This document shows, piece after piece, positions 1 to 9,759 of a DNA stretch of 64,000 nt. The translations under genes and the position numbers were made by a program. The notes beneath the pieces are model-generated. The model did not search any database. It had not been told where the DNA came from and was given only the letters and a program-made list of their open reading frames with translations. How positions within the stretch are numbered: position 1 is the first letter of the stretch; every line of letters begins with the position of its first letter. The stretch is from Candidatus Ozemobacteraceae bacterium (lineage in GTDB: Bacteria > Muiribacteriota > Ozemobacteria > Ozemobacterales > Ozemobacteraceae): NCBI GenBank assembly GCA_965140445.1, contig OZ223236.1, positions 2,368,001 to 2,432,000 of the forward strand. The letters run 5' to 3'.

Positions 1-51
1 TCATGCTTAACCGTTGATATAACTTTTTTAACCACTTTGCCTAGTAACATT

Positions 52-315
52 TTAACCTTCTATAGAATCTACAATTCCAAGGATAGTTGCATCAGAAGGA
101 GGTCTAACCTTTACGAATGGAAAAGACGCTTCCGCTCCACCGCAAAGAAAAACAGTTTCACCGCAGCCTGCTCCAGTCGAATCACAGGCTATAATTGGTT
201 TCCCAATTGAATTCCCCTCATTATCGATAGGGGTTACAACAATTAGCTTTAACCCTTCTAATAAAGGGTCTTTGCAGGTGCAAACTGCTCGGCCCAAGAC
301 TTTTCCTAGATACAT
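52..315 (-). CDS. EutN/CcmL family bacterial microcompartment vertex (BMC-P) protein
   Basis: MYLGKVLG..V.T.K...L.G.KL, 'IACDSTGAGCGETV' and C-terminal 'P.DATILGIVD' match the EutN/CcmL pattern; SD AAGGA upstream. Confidence 0.9.
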   Translation of the reverse strand: MYLGKVLGRAVCTCKDPLLEGLKLIVVTPIDNEGNSIGKPIIACDSTGAGCGETVFLCGGAEASFPFVKVRPPSDATILGIVDSIEG

Positions 316-544
316 TCCTTATCCTTTTTATTTGACAATCATGAAAATCTACCAGAATAGGGAATCTTATGCAACTTCAAAATTACTGCTTTTGAATATA
401 TAAACAAATCAGACTCAATTAGGCAAAGGATTGCTTACTAATATCTGAACTAACTTTGTAAAAAAATCATAAAGCAAGTCGGCTAAGAAAAGATTGTGAT
501 TTTGTGATAAAATTTAATTCAGCCAGAAATTGAGGAGTCGTAGA

Positions 545-1189
545 ATGAATAAGTGGAAAGCAATATTCTGGGATTGGAACGGAACCCTTTTAAATGACGT
601 TCAAGAATGCATTGAAATTATTAATGTTTGTTTGAAAAAAAGAAATCTTCCCGAAGTCTCTCAAAAATTGTACCTCGAAGAATTTACCTTTCCGGTTAAA
701 AAATATTATGAAGCTATCGGTTTCGATTTTACCAAAGAAACTTTTGAAGACGCCGGCAAAGAATACATAGAAGCCTATAGTGACAAAATGTTTGATTGTT
801 CTCTCCATTCTGGTGCGGTTAATGCTCTTAAAACTTTTAAAAGGAATGGTCATTCACAATTCGTTTTATCAGCTCTAAATTCTGAAAGTCTTCACCAGTG
901 CATAAAAAAATTTGAGCTTGAAGAATTTTTTGAAAAAGTCCGTGGACTAGATAACAGTTACGCACACAGTAAAGTTGAACTCGGGAAGTCTCTGATAAAA
1001 GAGCTTGATATTAACCCTGGTAAGGTTCTTATGATTGGCGACACAACACATGACTTTGAAACTGCCAGCGCAATGGGAGTGGATTGTGTTCTGATAGCCA
1101 ATGGGCATAATTCCAGAAAAAGACTTGAAGAATGTGGCGTTCCGGTTTTTTCGGGCATAGAACAATTGCTAAAAGAACTGAACGGGTAG
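545..1189 (+). CDS. HAD family hydrolase (phosphoglycolate phosphatase-like)
   Basis: Motif I WDWNGTL and motif IV IGDTTHD; ATG 545 follows SD GAGGAG. Confidence 0.85.
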   Translation: MNKWKAIFWDWNGTLLNDVQECIEIINVCLKKRNLPEVSQKLYLEEFTFPVKKYYEAIGFDFTKETFEDAGKEYIEAYSDKMFDCSLHSGAVNALKTFKRNGHSQFVLSALNSESLHQCIKKFELEEFFEKVRGLDNSYAHSKVELGKSLIKELDINPGKVLMIGDTTHDFETASAMGVDCVLIANGHNSRKRLEECGVPVFSGIEQLLKELNG

Positions 1190-1237
1190 GGTGGTTATTA
1201 CTCTGAAAGCATCGAAGCTTGTCAGATCGGCCGTGAT

Positions 1238-1429
1238 CTAGGCGTAAATGTCTATTTTTGAACCCAAAATTTTGGTTCTGGGCTGAGGCTTTCTGGTTTG
1301 TGCATCTGCTCTTTTTTGATCAGGGGAAAGCTCTTGATAAGCTCGCGCTTGCTGATTCCGCTCAATTCCCTGTTGCCTGGAGTAATTGTTAACTTGTGAA
1401 TTATTCCTGGAAACACCTTGAGTTGCCAT
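1238..1429 (-). CDS. Small protein with YjfB-like C-terminus
   Basis: SD AAGGTGG and TTGCTT-17-TATATT upstream; ends in LGSKIDIYA, resembling the G-x-x-I-D tail of YjfB-type proteins. Confidence 0.55.
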   Translation of the reverse strand: MATQGVSRNNSQVNNYSRQQGIERNQQARAYQELSPDQKRADAQTRKPQPRTKILGSKIDIYA

Positions 1430-1533
1430 TTTTTTGCCCACCTTAAATCTATGTATATAAAAAATATAGTACTGAAAAAGATAAAAAGCAATACCTTCTT
1501 CAGCACTATATATTTTAGTTAGTTATTTCTCAG

Positions 1534-3234
1534 TCAGGGTTTTAATTTGTTAACAAAATGTTTTATTAATCCTGAAGTTGATGAGTCGTGATTGCTAAGA
1601 TCACAATTTTTTCCAGCAACAAGGTCGATTTCTTCCTGAAGAATCTTTTTAGCTAATACTTTTCCAAGTTCAACTCCCCATTGGTCAAAGCTGTTAATTC
1701 TCCAGATTATTCCCTGAACAAATATTTTCATTTCATAGAGTGCAGTTAGAAATCCAAGGTTAAAAGGAGTGAGCTTATTAATTAGAATAGAGTTTGTGGG
1801 TCTGTTGCCTGTAAAAACTTTATGAAGAACCAGTTCTTCAATCTCTTCTGGCGATAAATTTGAATTTTCAAATTCCGCTCTAACTTCTTTTTCAGTTTTG
1901 CCCTTCATCAAAGCTTCTGGCTGAGCAAAAAAGTTTGCCATTAATTTTATGTGGTGATCCGAAATTTTGTTATGAGTATTTATGCAGCCAATAAAGTCGG
2001 CTGGAATAAGCTTTGTCCCTTGATGAATGAGCTGATAAAAAGCGTGTTGACCATTTGTCCCCGGTTCTCCCCAGATTATAGGGCCTGTTTGGTAATCAAT
2101 TTTGTTTCCATCTCTGTCAACGCTTTTCCCATTACTTTCCATGTCACCTTGTTGAAAGTATGCTGCAAATCTATGCAAATACTGATCATAGGGAAGGATA
2201 GCCATGCTTTCTGCACCAAGAAAGTTGTTATTCCAAATCCCTATAAGTGCGAGTATAACTGGCATATTTTCAGCAAGAGGGGAATCTTTAAAATGATTGT
2301 CCAAGGCATGGGCGCCTGCCAACACTTCTTCAAAGTTCTCAAATCCAATGTTTAAAGCTATCGACAGACCTATGGCTGACCATGAAGAGTATCTTCCGCC
2401 AACCCAATCCCAAAATTCAAACATATTTTCTGCATTAATTCCGAAGGATTCTACGGCAGCTTTATTTGTAGATAATGCTACAAAGTGATTTGCGACTGCT
2501 TTTTCATCTTTTAACGCTGATAACAACCATTCTCGAGCTGTATGTGCGTTGGTCATAGTTTCCTGTGTGGTAAAAGTTTTGGAAGCTACAATGAAAAGAG
2601 TTGTTTCTGGATCAAGGTCTTTGGTTTTTTCAACAAAATCAGTTCCATCTACATTTGACACAAATACCGCTTTTGGTCCGTCTGAATAATGCTTTAAAGC
2701 TTCTGTAATCATTACTGGACCAAGGTCTGATCCGCCGATTCCAATATTTACAACGGTTTTAATGGATTTGCCTGTGAAACCTTTGAATTCACCTTTTCTT
2801 ACAGAGTTTACAAAATCCTTCATCTTGTTCAGAACTTTGTTAATCCCTGGCATTACATCTTGTCCATCAAATAAGACAGGGGTGTTGCTTCTGTTTCTGA
2901 GTGCTGAATGTAGAACCGCTCTATTTTCAGTCCAGTTTATTCTGGCACCATCAAACATTGCTTTGCTATATTCTTTGACACCTGACGCATCAGCCAGGTT
3001 TAGCAGTAGTTCCATTGTTTTTTCATTTATTAAATTTTTGGAATAATCAAGAAGGAATTCGCCCGTTTCAAGGATGAATTTATCAAAACGCTTGTTATCC
3101 TCAGCAAACATTTTTTGCATACTTGCTTCTTTCATTTCTAAAGAGTGTTTTTGAAGCGCTTGCCACTCTTCACATTCAGTTAACTTATGGCCAGCATGTA
3201 TTTTTTCATCAATTTTTGAAAGTTTTAAGCTCAT
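1534..3234 (-). CDS. pgi: Glucose-6-phosphate isomerase
   Basis: [48 protein letters not shown]; start ATG 3234 after SD GGAGGAG. Confidence 0.97.
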   Translation of the reverse strand: MSLKLSKIDEKIHAGHKLTECEEWQALQKHSLEMKEASMQKMFAEDNKRFDKFILETGEFLLDYSKNLINEKTMELLLNLADASGVKEYSKAMFDGARINWTENRAVLHSALRNRSNTPVLFDGQDVMPGINKVLNKMKDFVNSVRKGEFKGFTGKSIKTVVNIGIGGSDLGPVMITEALKHYSDGPKAVFVSNVDGTDFVEKTKDLDPETTLFIVASKTFTTQETMTNAHTAREWLLSALKDEKAVANHFVALSTNKAAVESFGINAENMFEFWDWVGGRYSSWSAIGLSIALNIGFENFEEVLAGAHALDNHFKDSPLAENMPVILALIGIWNNNFLGAESMAILPYDQYLHRFAAYFQQGDMESNGKSVDRDGNKIDYQTGPIIWGEPGTNGQHAFYQLIHQGTKLIPADFIGCINTHNKISDHHIKLMANFFAQPEALMKGKTEKEVRAEFENSNLSPEEIEELVLHKVFTGNRPTNSILINKLTPFNLGFLTALYEMKIFVQGIIWRINSFDQWGVELGKVLAKKILQEEIDLVAGKNCDLSNHDSSTSGLIKHFVNKLKP

Positions 3235-3494
3235 TGGCTCCTCCGCTGTTTTGGCTTTTATCAAGTCTATGATTCTAATTGGTAATTTATCCTCTGTAAA
3301 GAATTTGGTGTATCACTTAAAAAATGGTTTTAGGGGTTTCCACAGGTTGGCTACAAAATTTTAAATTTGAATTGAATTAAAAGTTGGCGAAAGCCTGATG
3401 AATAAGGGCCTGCACGAAATTAGAAAATATGGTAGAATAGTCGACTAATAAATTAGATGTTCCAATTTATTGCCTTAGATAAGGAGTTTCGTCG

Positions 3495-4388
3495 ATGCAA
3501 AAAATAGTAGCCGCAGCTGTTCAGTTTTCAGTTGAACCAATGGCCGTTGAAAGAAATATGGACAGAGCTCATGAGCTCATTTCTGAATGTCATAAGGCCT
3601 CGAATGCCAATTTGATTGTGCTTCCCGAAAGTTTTACAACAGGTTTCACCCCAAGAGGTAATTCTGAAGACCTCTGGGATGCAGTAGATTCAATACCTGG
3701 AAAACTAACTGATCGAGGTGTTGCCTGGGCGAAAGAGTTTAATTCCTACATTGTTTTTCCTACATACGAACGTGGTGAGGAAAAGGGAATTGTTTATAAT
3801 AGCGCAGCTTTAATAGGCCCTGAAGGTGTTATAGGGGTTTATAGAAAAACTCATCCTTTCCCGACTGAAAGACTCGAAGGCGGCGGATGGACCACACCAG
3901 GTTCGGATTCTTGCTGTTTTGATACCCCAATAGGAAAAATTGGCATTGTTATCTGCTATGATGGAGATTTCCCTGAATTGGCGAGAGTTACTGCCCTGAA
4001 GGGTGCAGAGGTTATTTGTAGACCTTCAGCATTCATGAGAACTTTTGATCATTGGGAATTAACAAACCGTGCGAGAGCCTATGACAATCACGTTTATTGG
4101 ATCGCTGCAAACAGCGTTGGACCAGATGCTAGTGGAGCATATTTCTTTGGTTCATCAATGATTGTACATCCAACTGGTGTAAAGCTTTCTCAGGCCAGAT
4201 CATGTGATGAATATGTGTGGGCGGATCTTGATCCAGACCCAATTAGAACCGTTGTGCCTAACGCATCTGCACCTCAATGGTTTGATCACATTGAAGATAG
4301 AAACGTAAATTCATATTCAGGAATCCTTAATCAGGGAAGGTCTTCCTTTGAACCTGCAAGAAGAATTCCATATACCAGATGGAGATAG
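3495..4388 (+). CDS. Carbon-nitrogen hydrolase (nitrilase/amidase family)
   Basis: Glu-Lys-Cys triad motifs LPES, YRKTH and ICYD; RAYDN; SD AAGGAG. Confidence 0.9.
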   Translation: MQKIVAAAVQFSVEPMAVERNMDRAHELISECHKASNANLIVLPESFTTGFTPRGNSEDLWDAVDSIPGKLTDRGVAWAKEFNSYIVFPTYERGEEKGIVYNSAALIGPEGVIGVYRKTHPFPTERLEGGGWTTPGSDSCCFDTPIGKIGIVICYDGDFPELARVTALKGAEVICRPSAFMRTFDHWELTNRARAYDNHVYWIAANSVGPDASGAYFFGSSMIVHPTGVKLSQARSCDEYVWADLDPDPIRTVVPNASAPQWFDHIEDRNVNSYSGILNQGRSSFEPARRIPYTRWR

Positions 4389-4392
4389 ATAA

Positions 4393-5577
4393 ATGTCAGG
4401 ACCACTTGAAGGATTAAAAGTCGTTGATTTAACCAGAGTTCTAGCAGGACCTTTTTGTACAATGCTACTTTCTGACCTGGGCGCGGAAGTTATTAAAATT
4501 GAGCGACCAGGAACCGGAGATGATTCAAGGGCATTTGGTCCGTATCAAAATGGCGAAAGTGCTTATTTCATGAGCATTAATCGTGGAAAAAGAAGTATTA
4601 CTCTGGATTTAAAAACCAGTGAAGGAAAAGATATTTTTCTAAAGCTGGTTAAAGACGCTGACATTCTTGTAGAAAATTTCAAACCAGGAGTTATGAAAAA
4701 GCTTGGTTTGTCTTATGAAAGACTCTCAGAAATCAACCCAAAATTGATTTATGCTGCATCCTCTGGTTTTGGGCACACTGGTCCATATAGCAGTAGACCA
4801 GCCTATGATCTGATTATTCAGGGCATGGGTGGTTTAATGAGTATCACTGGTCAGGGTGAAGGGCAACCAACCAAAGTTGGAAGTTCTATCGCAGATATTC
4901 TTTCTGGTGTTTTCACTACAATCGGAATTTTAGCAGCTTTAAATAGCAGGCATAAGTCTGGTCAGGGGCAAATGATTGATGTGGCAATGCTTGATTGTAT
5001 GGTTGCCATTCTTGAAAATGCAATTGCCAGATTTACTACAACAGGAGTTAATCCGCATCCAATTGGAAATAGGCATCCATCTATTGCGCCTTTTACGAGC
5101 GTTTCAACCTCTGACGGTAGTATTAATATTGCTTGCGGAAACGATTTGATCTGGAAGTCTCTCTGTAAGGTAATTGATAAGCCTGAATTATTTGAAGACG
5201 AAAGATTTAAAGATAATCCTTCGAGATGTGATCACATGTCTGAGCTGCTTCCAATTCTTAATGAAACCATGAGTAAAAATTCTACTGCTCATTGGTTGAA
5301 AGAGCTTGAAGAAAACAAAGTCCCGGCAGGACCAATCAATAAAATTGGTGATGTGTTATCAGATCCTCAGGTTATTGCCCGTGAAATGCTTGTGGAATTA
5401 ACCCATCCGGTTGCTGGAGTTATTAAGGTTCCAGGAATGCCGATTAAATTTTCTGAAACCAGAACCAAGCTTGAAAAAGCATCCCCTGTGCTTGGCGCAG
5501 ATAGTGAATGCATTCTCTCTGAATTAGGTTATTCGGAAAAAGAAATCGCAAAATTGCGGGATAAAAAAGTAATTTAG
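4393..5577 (+). CDS. CoA-transferase family III (CaiB/BaiF)
   Basis: LEGLKVVDLTRVLAGP, LGAEVIKIE, NRGKRS, DILVENFKPG, catalytic Asp in SIADILSG. Confidence 0.93.
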   Translation: MSGPLEGLKVVDLTRVLAGPFCTMLLSDLGAEVIKIERPGTGDDSRAFGPYQNGESAYFMSINRGKRSITLDLKTSEGKDIFLKLVKDADILVENFKPGVMKKLGLSYERLSEINPKLIYAASSGFGHTGPYSSRPAYDLIIQGMGGLMSITGQGEGQPTKVGSSIADILSGVFTTIGILAALNSRHKSGQGQMIDVAMLDCMVAILENAIARFTTTGVNPHPIGNRHPSIAPFTSVSTSDGSINIACGNDLIWKSLCKVIDKPELFEDERFKDNPSRCDHMSELLPILNETMSKNSTAHWLKELEENKVPAGPINKIGDVLSDPQVIAREMLVELTHPVAGVIKVPGMPIKFSETRTKLEKASPVLGADSECILSELGYSEKEIAKLRDKKVI

Positions 5578-5593
5578 CTACAATATAAACTAG

Positions 5594-5622
5594 TTGCGAT
5601 TTAAAGTCGCCTATGTTATATT
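5594..5622 (+). promoter_or_regulatory. sigma70-type promoter of tRNA-Pro
   Basis: TTGCGA-17nt-TATATT with TGn extension. Confidence 0.55.
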
Positions 5623-5661
5623 TTGCTGGCAAGGTTTGACGTTATTAAAACGACAACCAAT

Positions 5662-5734
5662 CGGGGCGTAGCGCAGTTGGTAGCGTACTTGACTGGGGGT
5701 CAAGTGGTCGCTGGTTCAAGTCCAGTCGCCCCGA
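5662..5734 (+). tRNA. tRNA-Pro (GGG), CCA not encoded
   Basis: Acceptor stem CGGGGCG/CGCCCCG, anticodon arm CTTGA-CTGGGGG-TCAAG, T-loop GGTTCAAGTCC, discriminator A followed by CAC. Confidence 0.96.
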
Positions 5735-5739
5735 CACTT

Positions 5740-5774
5740 AAGCAGGCTTCTCGAATGCGGGAAGCCTGCTTTTT
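5740..5774 (+). terminator. Intrinsic terminator after tRNA-Pro
   Basis: AAGCAGGCTTCTCG-aatg-CGGGAAGCCTGCTT followed by a T run. Confidence 0.8.
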
Positions 5775-5912
5775 ATTCTCAGATCTTTTAAGTGACACAT
5801 TGTCTAATGATTAATAAAGATGAGTTTTTTAAAAGATTTCTGGACATTAAAAAAAAGTCGGCCTATTATGGTGCGACAAAGTAATAATTGATAAGGAATG
5901 AAAGGAGTAGAG

Positions 5913-7100
5913 ATGAAAGGTCATTCTGAAGTTAAGTTTGATACAGCTTGTATTCACGCAGGACAGTCCCCTGATGGTTTATTTGGAGGGGTGAGCGTCC
6001 CAATATTTCAATCTTCTACATTTGCATTTGAAGATGCAGATCAAGGCGCAGCACGGTTTTCTGGTAAAGATTCTGGATACAAATATACTAGAATAGGGAA
6101 CCCGACTACGGCGGCCCTGGAAGCCTGCATTTCAGAATTAGAGGGCGGGAAGTTTGGTCTTGCTACAGCCACTGGAATGTCTGCGATTTCTACTGTTTTC
6201 ATGACTTTTCTTGGTGCTGGGAAACATGCTATTTCAACCGGGTCTGTTTATGGTCCAACTAGAACTCTGCTAGAAAAAGAATTAACCAGATTTGGTGTTG
6301 AATCAACCTTTATTGACAGTTCGGACCCTGAAAATATCAGAAAGGCTCTAAAACCAAATACAACATTGGTTTATCTTGAGACTCCTGCCAATCCAACTCT
6401 TAGTATTTCAGATATTGAAGCTTGTGCTAAAATCACTCACGAAGCTGGTGCACTTCTCGTTGTTGATAATACTTTCTGCAGTCCTCTTTTGCAAAAGCCA
6501 TTGGAACTGGGTGCTGATATAGTTTTGCATAGTATGACCAAGTTTATTAATGGACACAGCGATGTTGTTGCGGGAATGCTGGTTACTAAAGAAGCAGAGC
6601 ACATGACAAAAATGCGTGGAGTGCTTTGTCAGATGGGTGGAACAATTGATCCTCATCAGGCCTGGCTTGTTATTCGTGGTGTTAAAACACTTTCTATGAG
6701 AGTTAAAACAGCACAAGAATCATCAATTAAGATTGCTCAAGAATTGGAAAAACACCCTAAAGTTGAATGGGTAAAGTATCCTGGCTTACCTTCTCACCCA
6801 CAGTATGAATTAGCTAAAAAACAAATGAAAGGCCCTGGGGCTATGATTTCATTTGAAGTAAAGGGCGGAGTTGCTGCAGGTAAAAAAGTTATGGATTCAG
6901 TTGGACTTTGCACTTTAGCTGTTTCACTTGGCGGTATCGAAACTTTGATTCAGCACCCTGCAAGCATGACTCATGCAAGCATGGGAGCCGAAGCACGTAA
7001 AGCTGCCGGAATTACTGATGGGCTAGTAAGACTTTCTGTAGGCTGTGAAGATTATGAAGATTTAAAAGCAGATCTTTTTCAAGCTCTTGATAAAGCATAG
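5913..7100 (+). CDS. PLP-dependent trans-sulfuration enzyme, probably methionine gamma-lyase
   Basis: YTRIGNPT, ETPANP, DNTF, PLP-lysine HSMTKFINGHSD, AVSLGG.ETL.QHPASMTH; SD AAGGAG; promoter TGGACA-17-TATTAT at 5841-5869. Confidence 0.85.
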   Translation: MKGHSEVKFDTACIHAGQSPDGLFGGVSVPIFQSSTFAFEDADQGAARFSGKDSGYKYTRIGNPTTAALEACISELEGGKFGLATATGMSAISTVFMTFLGAGKHAISTGSVYGPTRTLLEKELTRFGVESTFIDSSDPENIRKALKPNTTLVYLETPANPTLSISDIEACAKITHEAGALLVVDNTFCSPLLQKPLELGADIVLHSMTKFINGHSDVVAGMLVTKEAEHMTKMRGVLCQMGGTIDPHQAWLVIRGVKTLSMRVKTAQESSIKIAQELEKHPKVEWVKYPGLPSHPQYELAKKQMKGPGAMISFEVKGGVAAGKKVMDSVGLCTLAVSLGGIETLIQHPASMTHASMGAEARKAAGITDGLVRLSVGCEDYEDLKADLFQALDKA

Positions 7101-7138
7101 ATAATTGTAATTTCTTTCTAAAATAAGCAAATTTTCAC

Positions 7139-7170
7139 AAGAAGCCCCTCTTTTGGAGAGGGGCTTCTTT
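7139..7170 (+). terminator. Intrinsic terminator
   Basis: AAGAAGCCCCTCT / AGAGGGGCTTCTT hairpin. Confidence 0.75.
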
Positions 7171-7233
7171 CGCGCTTTAAGATGTGAGAAAAATTTTTTT
7201 TGCATAAACATTGTGAAATTAAGTTCAAATTGC

Positions 7234-7282
7234 TTGAAATTACTTGAATAGTTCTCTATAATGCTTGTGACAAACGTCACAA
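7234..7282 (+). promoter_or_regulatory. sigma70 promoter of the hydrogenase operon with overlapping Rex-type operator
   Basis: TTGAAA(7234)-17-TATAAT(7257-7262) followed by the palindrome TTGTGAC-AAAC-GTCACAA (7265-7282). Confidence 0.75.
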
Positions 7283-7339
7283 AAGCTCAAAAGAGCAAAA
7301 AGAAAAAAATGCCTAACGGCAATTGAAGGAGTGTACACT

Positions 7340-7858
7340 ATGCAAAGCGATTGCAACTCCAAGGCCGAACTGGGACAGCAATACCCAGAAAAAGCCAAGG
7401 AGCTGAACAACTACCTGGACAGTCTTCCTTTAACAAGCGATAAAGAAAAGAATCGCGGTTACCTTATTCAGTCTCTGCATAAGGCTCAAGAAATTTTCAC
7501 TTATCTGCCCAGTTGTGTTCAGATTCATGTAGCTAACAAACTTGGACTTCATCTCGCCGAGGTTTACGGTGTAATTAGTTTTTACTCTTTTTTCACCGAC
7601 AAACCAGTAGGTAAATTCAAAATCAACATCTGTACAGGAACTGCTTGTTTCGTAAGAGGTGCAGATAAGCTTGTAAGCGAATTTTCCAGATATTTAAATA
7701 TCAAAATGGGTGAAACTTCTGAAGACGGAAAGTTTTCTCTGAACGGCCTTCGTTGCGTAGGTGCGTGCTCAATGGCTCCGGTTGTTATGGTTAACGACAA
7801 AGTTTATGGCAATGTCACAACCAAAATGGTTCCGGAAATCATAAGCGAATGCAAGTAA
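7340..7858 (+). CDS. hydC: [FeFe] hydrogenase 2Fe-2S subunit (NuoE-like, HydC/gamma)
   Basis: CTGTAC...CVGAC thioredoxin-like 2Fe-2S ligands, VYGVISFYSFF; SD GAAGGAG. Confidence 0.9.
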   Translation: MQSDCNSKAELGQQYPEKAKELNNYLDSLPLTSDKEKNRGYLIQSLHKAQEIFTYLPSCVQIHVANKLGLHLAEVYGVISFYSFFTDKPVGKFKINICTGTACFVRGADKLVSEFSRYLNIKMGETSEDGKFSLNGLRCVGACSMAPVVMVNDKVYGNVTTKMVPEIISECK

Positions 7859-7870
7859 GAGGGAATAAAT

Positions 7871-9718
7871 ATGATTAATAGTGCAGAAAAACTTACATCT
7901 TACAGAGAAGAGTTACTCGCTGGTCCTCAAAAAGAGGCTGGAAAAAGAATATTGGTGTCACTTGGTACATGCGGTATTGCTGCTGGTACAAAGCCAATAA
8001 ATGAAAGCTTAAAAGAAGAAGCCCAAAAGCGCTCAGCTGAAAATCTTTCAATTGTTGAAGTTGGTTGTATGGGACTTTGCCATAGTGAGCCAACTATCGA
8101 AGTAATAGATTACGACAATAACACCAGAACAATTTACGGTCATGTAAAAGTTGAACAAGCGCCTTCAATCATTGAAGCATGTCTTGATGGTAAAGAAGCT
8201 GTTGGTTGTGAAATTGTTGATAGAAATTGGTATTGCCCGGAAGATGGCGATTCTGCTGAAGGAAAAATTCAAGCAAGAATCGTTTTAAGAAATTCTGGGG
8301 TAATTAATCCTGAAAACCTTGATCATTATATTGCCAGAAATGGTTATGAAGCACTTGCTAAAGTTTTAACAAAAATGACTTCTCAGGAAGTTATTGATGA
8401 AGTTATAGCTTCTGGTCTTCGTGGTCGTGGTGGTGGTGGATTCCCAACCGGAAAAAAATGGGGATTTGCAGCAGCTCAAAAAGCAGAACAGAAATATGTA
8501 GTATGTAATGCTGACGAAGGTGATCCAGGAGCTTTCATGGATCGCGCCGTCCTGGAAGGAGATCCGCATTCAGTTCTTGAAGCTATGGCTATCACTGGAT
8601 ATGCAATAGGTTCTGATACTGGTATTATCTATATTCGTGCTGAATATCCTTTGGCAATTAAGAGACTTGAAATTGCTATTGGTCAGGCCAAAGAAAAAGG
8701 TCTTCTTGGCAAAAACATTTTTGGAACTGACTTCTCATTTGATATTGATATTAAATTTGGCGCGGGCGCATTTGTATGTGGAGAAGAGACCGCACTGATT
8801 CATTCAATTGAAGGAATGCGCGGAGAACCTACTTTCAAACCACCATTCCCAGCTGTTGAAGGACTTTGGAAAAAGCCTACAATCGTAAACAATGTTGAAA
8901 CTTTTGCAAATGTTTGCGCAATTTTGAGAAAAGGTGCTTCCTGGTTCAAGCAGATCGGAACTGAAGGTTCTCCAGGAACTAAGGTTTTCGCTCTTGCCGG
9001 AAAAATCAAAAAAGTTGGTCTGGTTGAAGTTCCAATGGGAACTACTCTCAGAGAAATGATTTTCAACGTTGGCGCTGGAATCATGAATGATAAGAAATTC
9101 AAGGCAGTTCAAACTGGCGGACCATCAGGTGGATGTATTAAATTCGACCAGCTTGATACAGCTATTGATTATGAATCACTTAAAAGATTAGGTTCTATGA
9201 TGGGTTCAGGCGGAATGATCGTAATGGATGAAGATGACTGCATGGTTAATGTGGCCAAATTCTTCCTCGAATTCACTCTTGATGAATCATGTGGAAAATG
9301 TACTCCTTGCCGAATCGGTAACAAGAGACTTTTCGAAATGCTTACTAAGATTTGTGATGGAAGAGGATCAATGCAATTGATCGAAGATCTCAAAGATCTT
9401 AGCCAGACTATTAAAGATACTGCTCTTTGTGGGCTTGGTCAGACATCACCTAATCCTGTTCTTTCAACTCTGGCTCAGTTTGAAGATGAGTATATGGCTC
9501 ATGTAACTGACAAAAAGTGTCCAGCTGGTGTTTGTTCAAAACTCATTAAATATGAAATTAATGATAATTGTGTTGGTTGTACTCTTTGTGCAAGAAATTG
9601 CCCGGTTAATTGTATCAGCGGCGAATTAAAATCAAAACACCAGATTGATCAGAGCAAGTGTATCAAATGCGGAGTTTGTTTTGAAACATGCAAATTCCAC
9701 GCAATTGAACGCAACTAA
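7871..9718 (+). CDS. hydB: [FeFe] hydrogenase flavin/NADH subunit (NuoF-like, HydB/beta)
   Basis: GLRGRGGGGFPTG, NADEGDPGAFMDR, GAFVCGEETAL, ESCGKCTPCR, N-terminal 2Fe-2S domain and two C-terminal 4Fe-4S motifs. Confidence 0.93.
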   Translation: MINSAEKLTSYREELLAGPQKEAGKRILVSLGTCGIAAGTKPINESLKEEAQKRSAENLSIVEVGCMGLCHSEPTIEVIDYDNNTRTIYGHVKVEQAPSIIEACLDGKEAVGCEIVDRNWYCPEDGDSAEGKIQARIVLRNSGVINPENLDHYIARNGYEALAKVLTKMTSQEVIDEVIASGLRGRGGGGFPTGKKWGFAAAQKAEQKYVVCNADEGDPGAFMDRAVLEGDPHSVLEAMAITGYAIGSDTGIIYIRAEYPLAIKRLEIAIGQAKEKGLLGKNIFGTDFSFDIDIKFGAGAFVCGEETALIHSIEGMRGEPTFKPPFPAVEGLWKKPTIVNNVETFANVCAILRKGASWFKQIGTEGSPGTKVFALAGKIKKVGLVEVPMGTTLREMIFNVGAGIMNDKKFKAVQTGGPSGGCIKFDQLDTAIDYESLKRLGSMMGSGGMIVMDEDDCMVNVAKFFLEFTLDESCGKCTPCRIGNKRLFEMLTKICDGRGSMQLIEDLKDLSQTIKDTALCGLGQTSPNPVLSTLAQFEDEYMAHVTDKKCPAGVCSKLIKYEINDNCVGCTLCARNCPVNCISGELKSKHQIDQSKCIKCGVCFETCKFHAIERN

Positions 9719-9759
9719 TAGTCTATCAGATTATTAGGAACTGAATAGGAGAATTAAAA

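Noticed and set aside
5623..5814. 63-aa ORF
   Set aside because: It overlaps the tRNA and terminator, so it is spurious
5662..5900. tRNA-Pro as a genomic-island integration site
   Set aside because: No integrase nearby and I saw no duplicated tRNA 3' end; a terminator and a metabolic gene follow
7871..9718. Respiratory complex I nuoEFG
   Set aside because: The third subunit has complete H-cluster motifs and no membrane nuo genes are present
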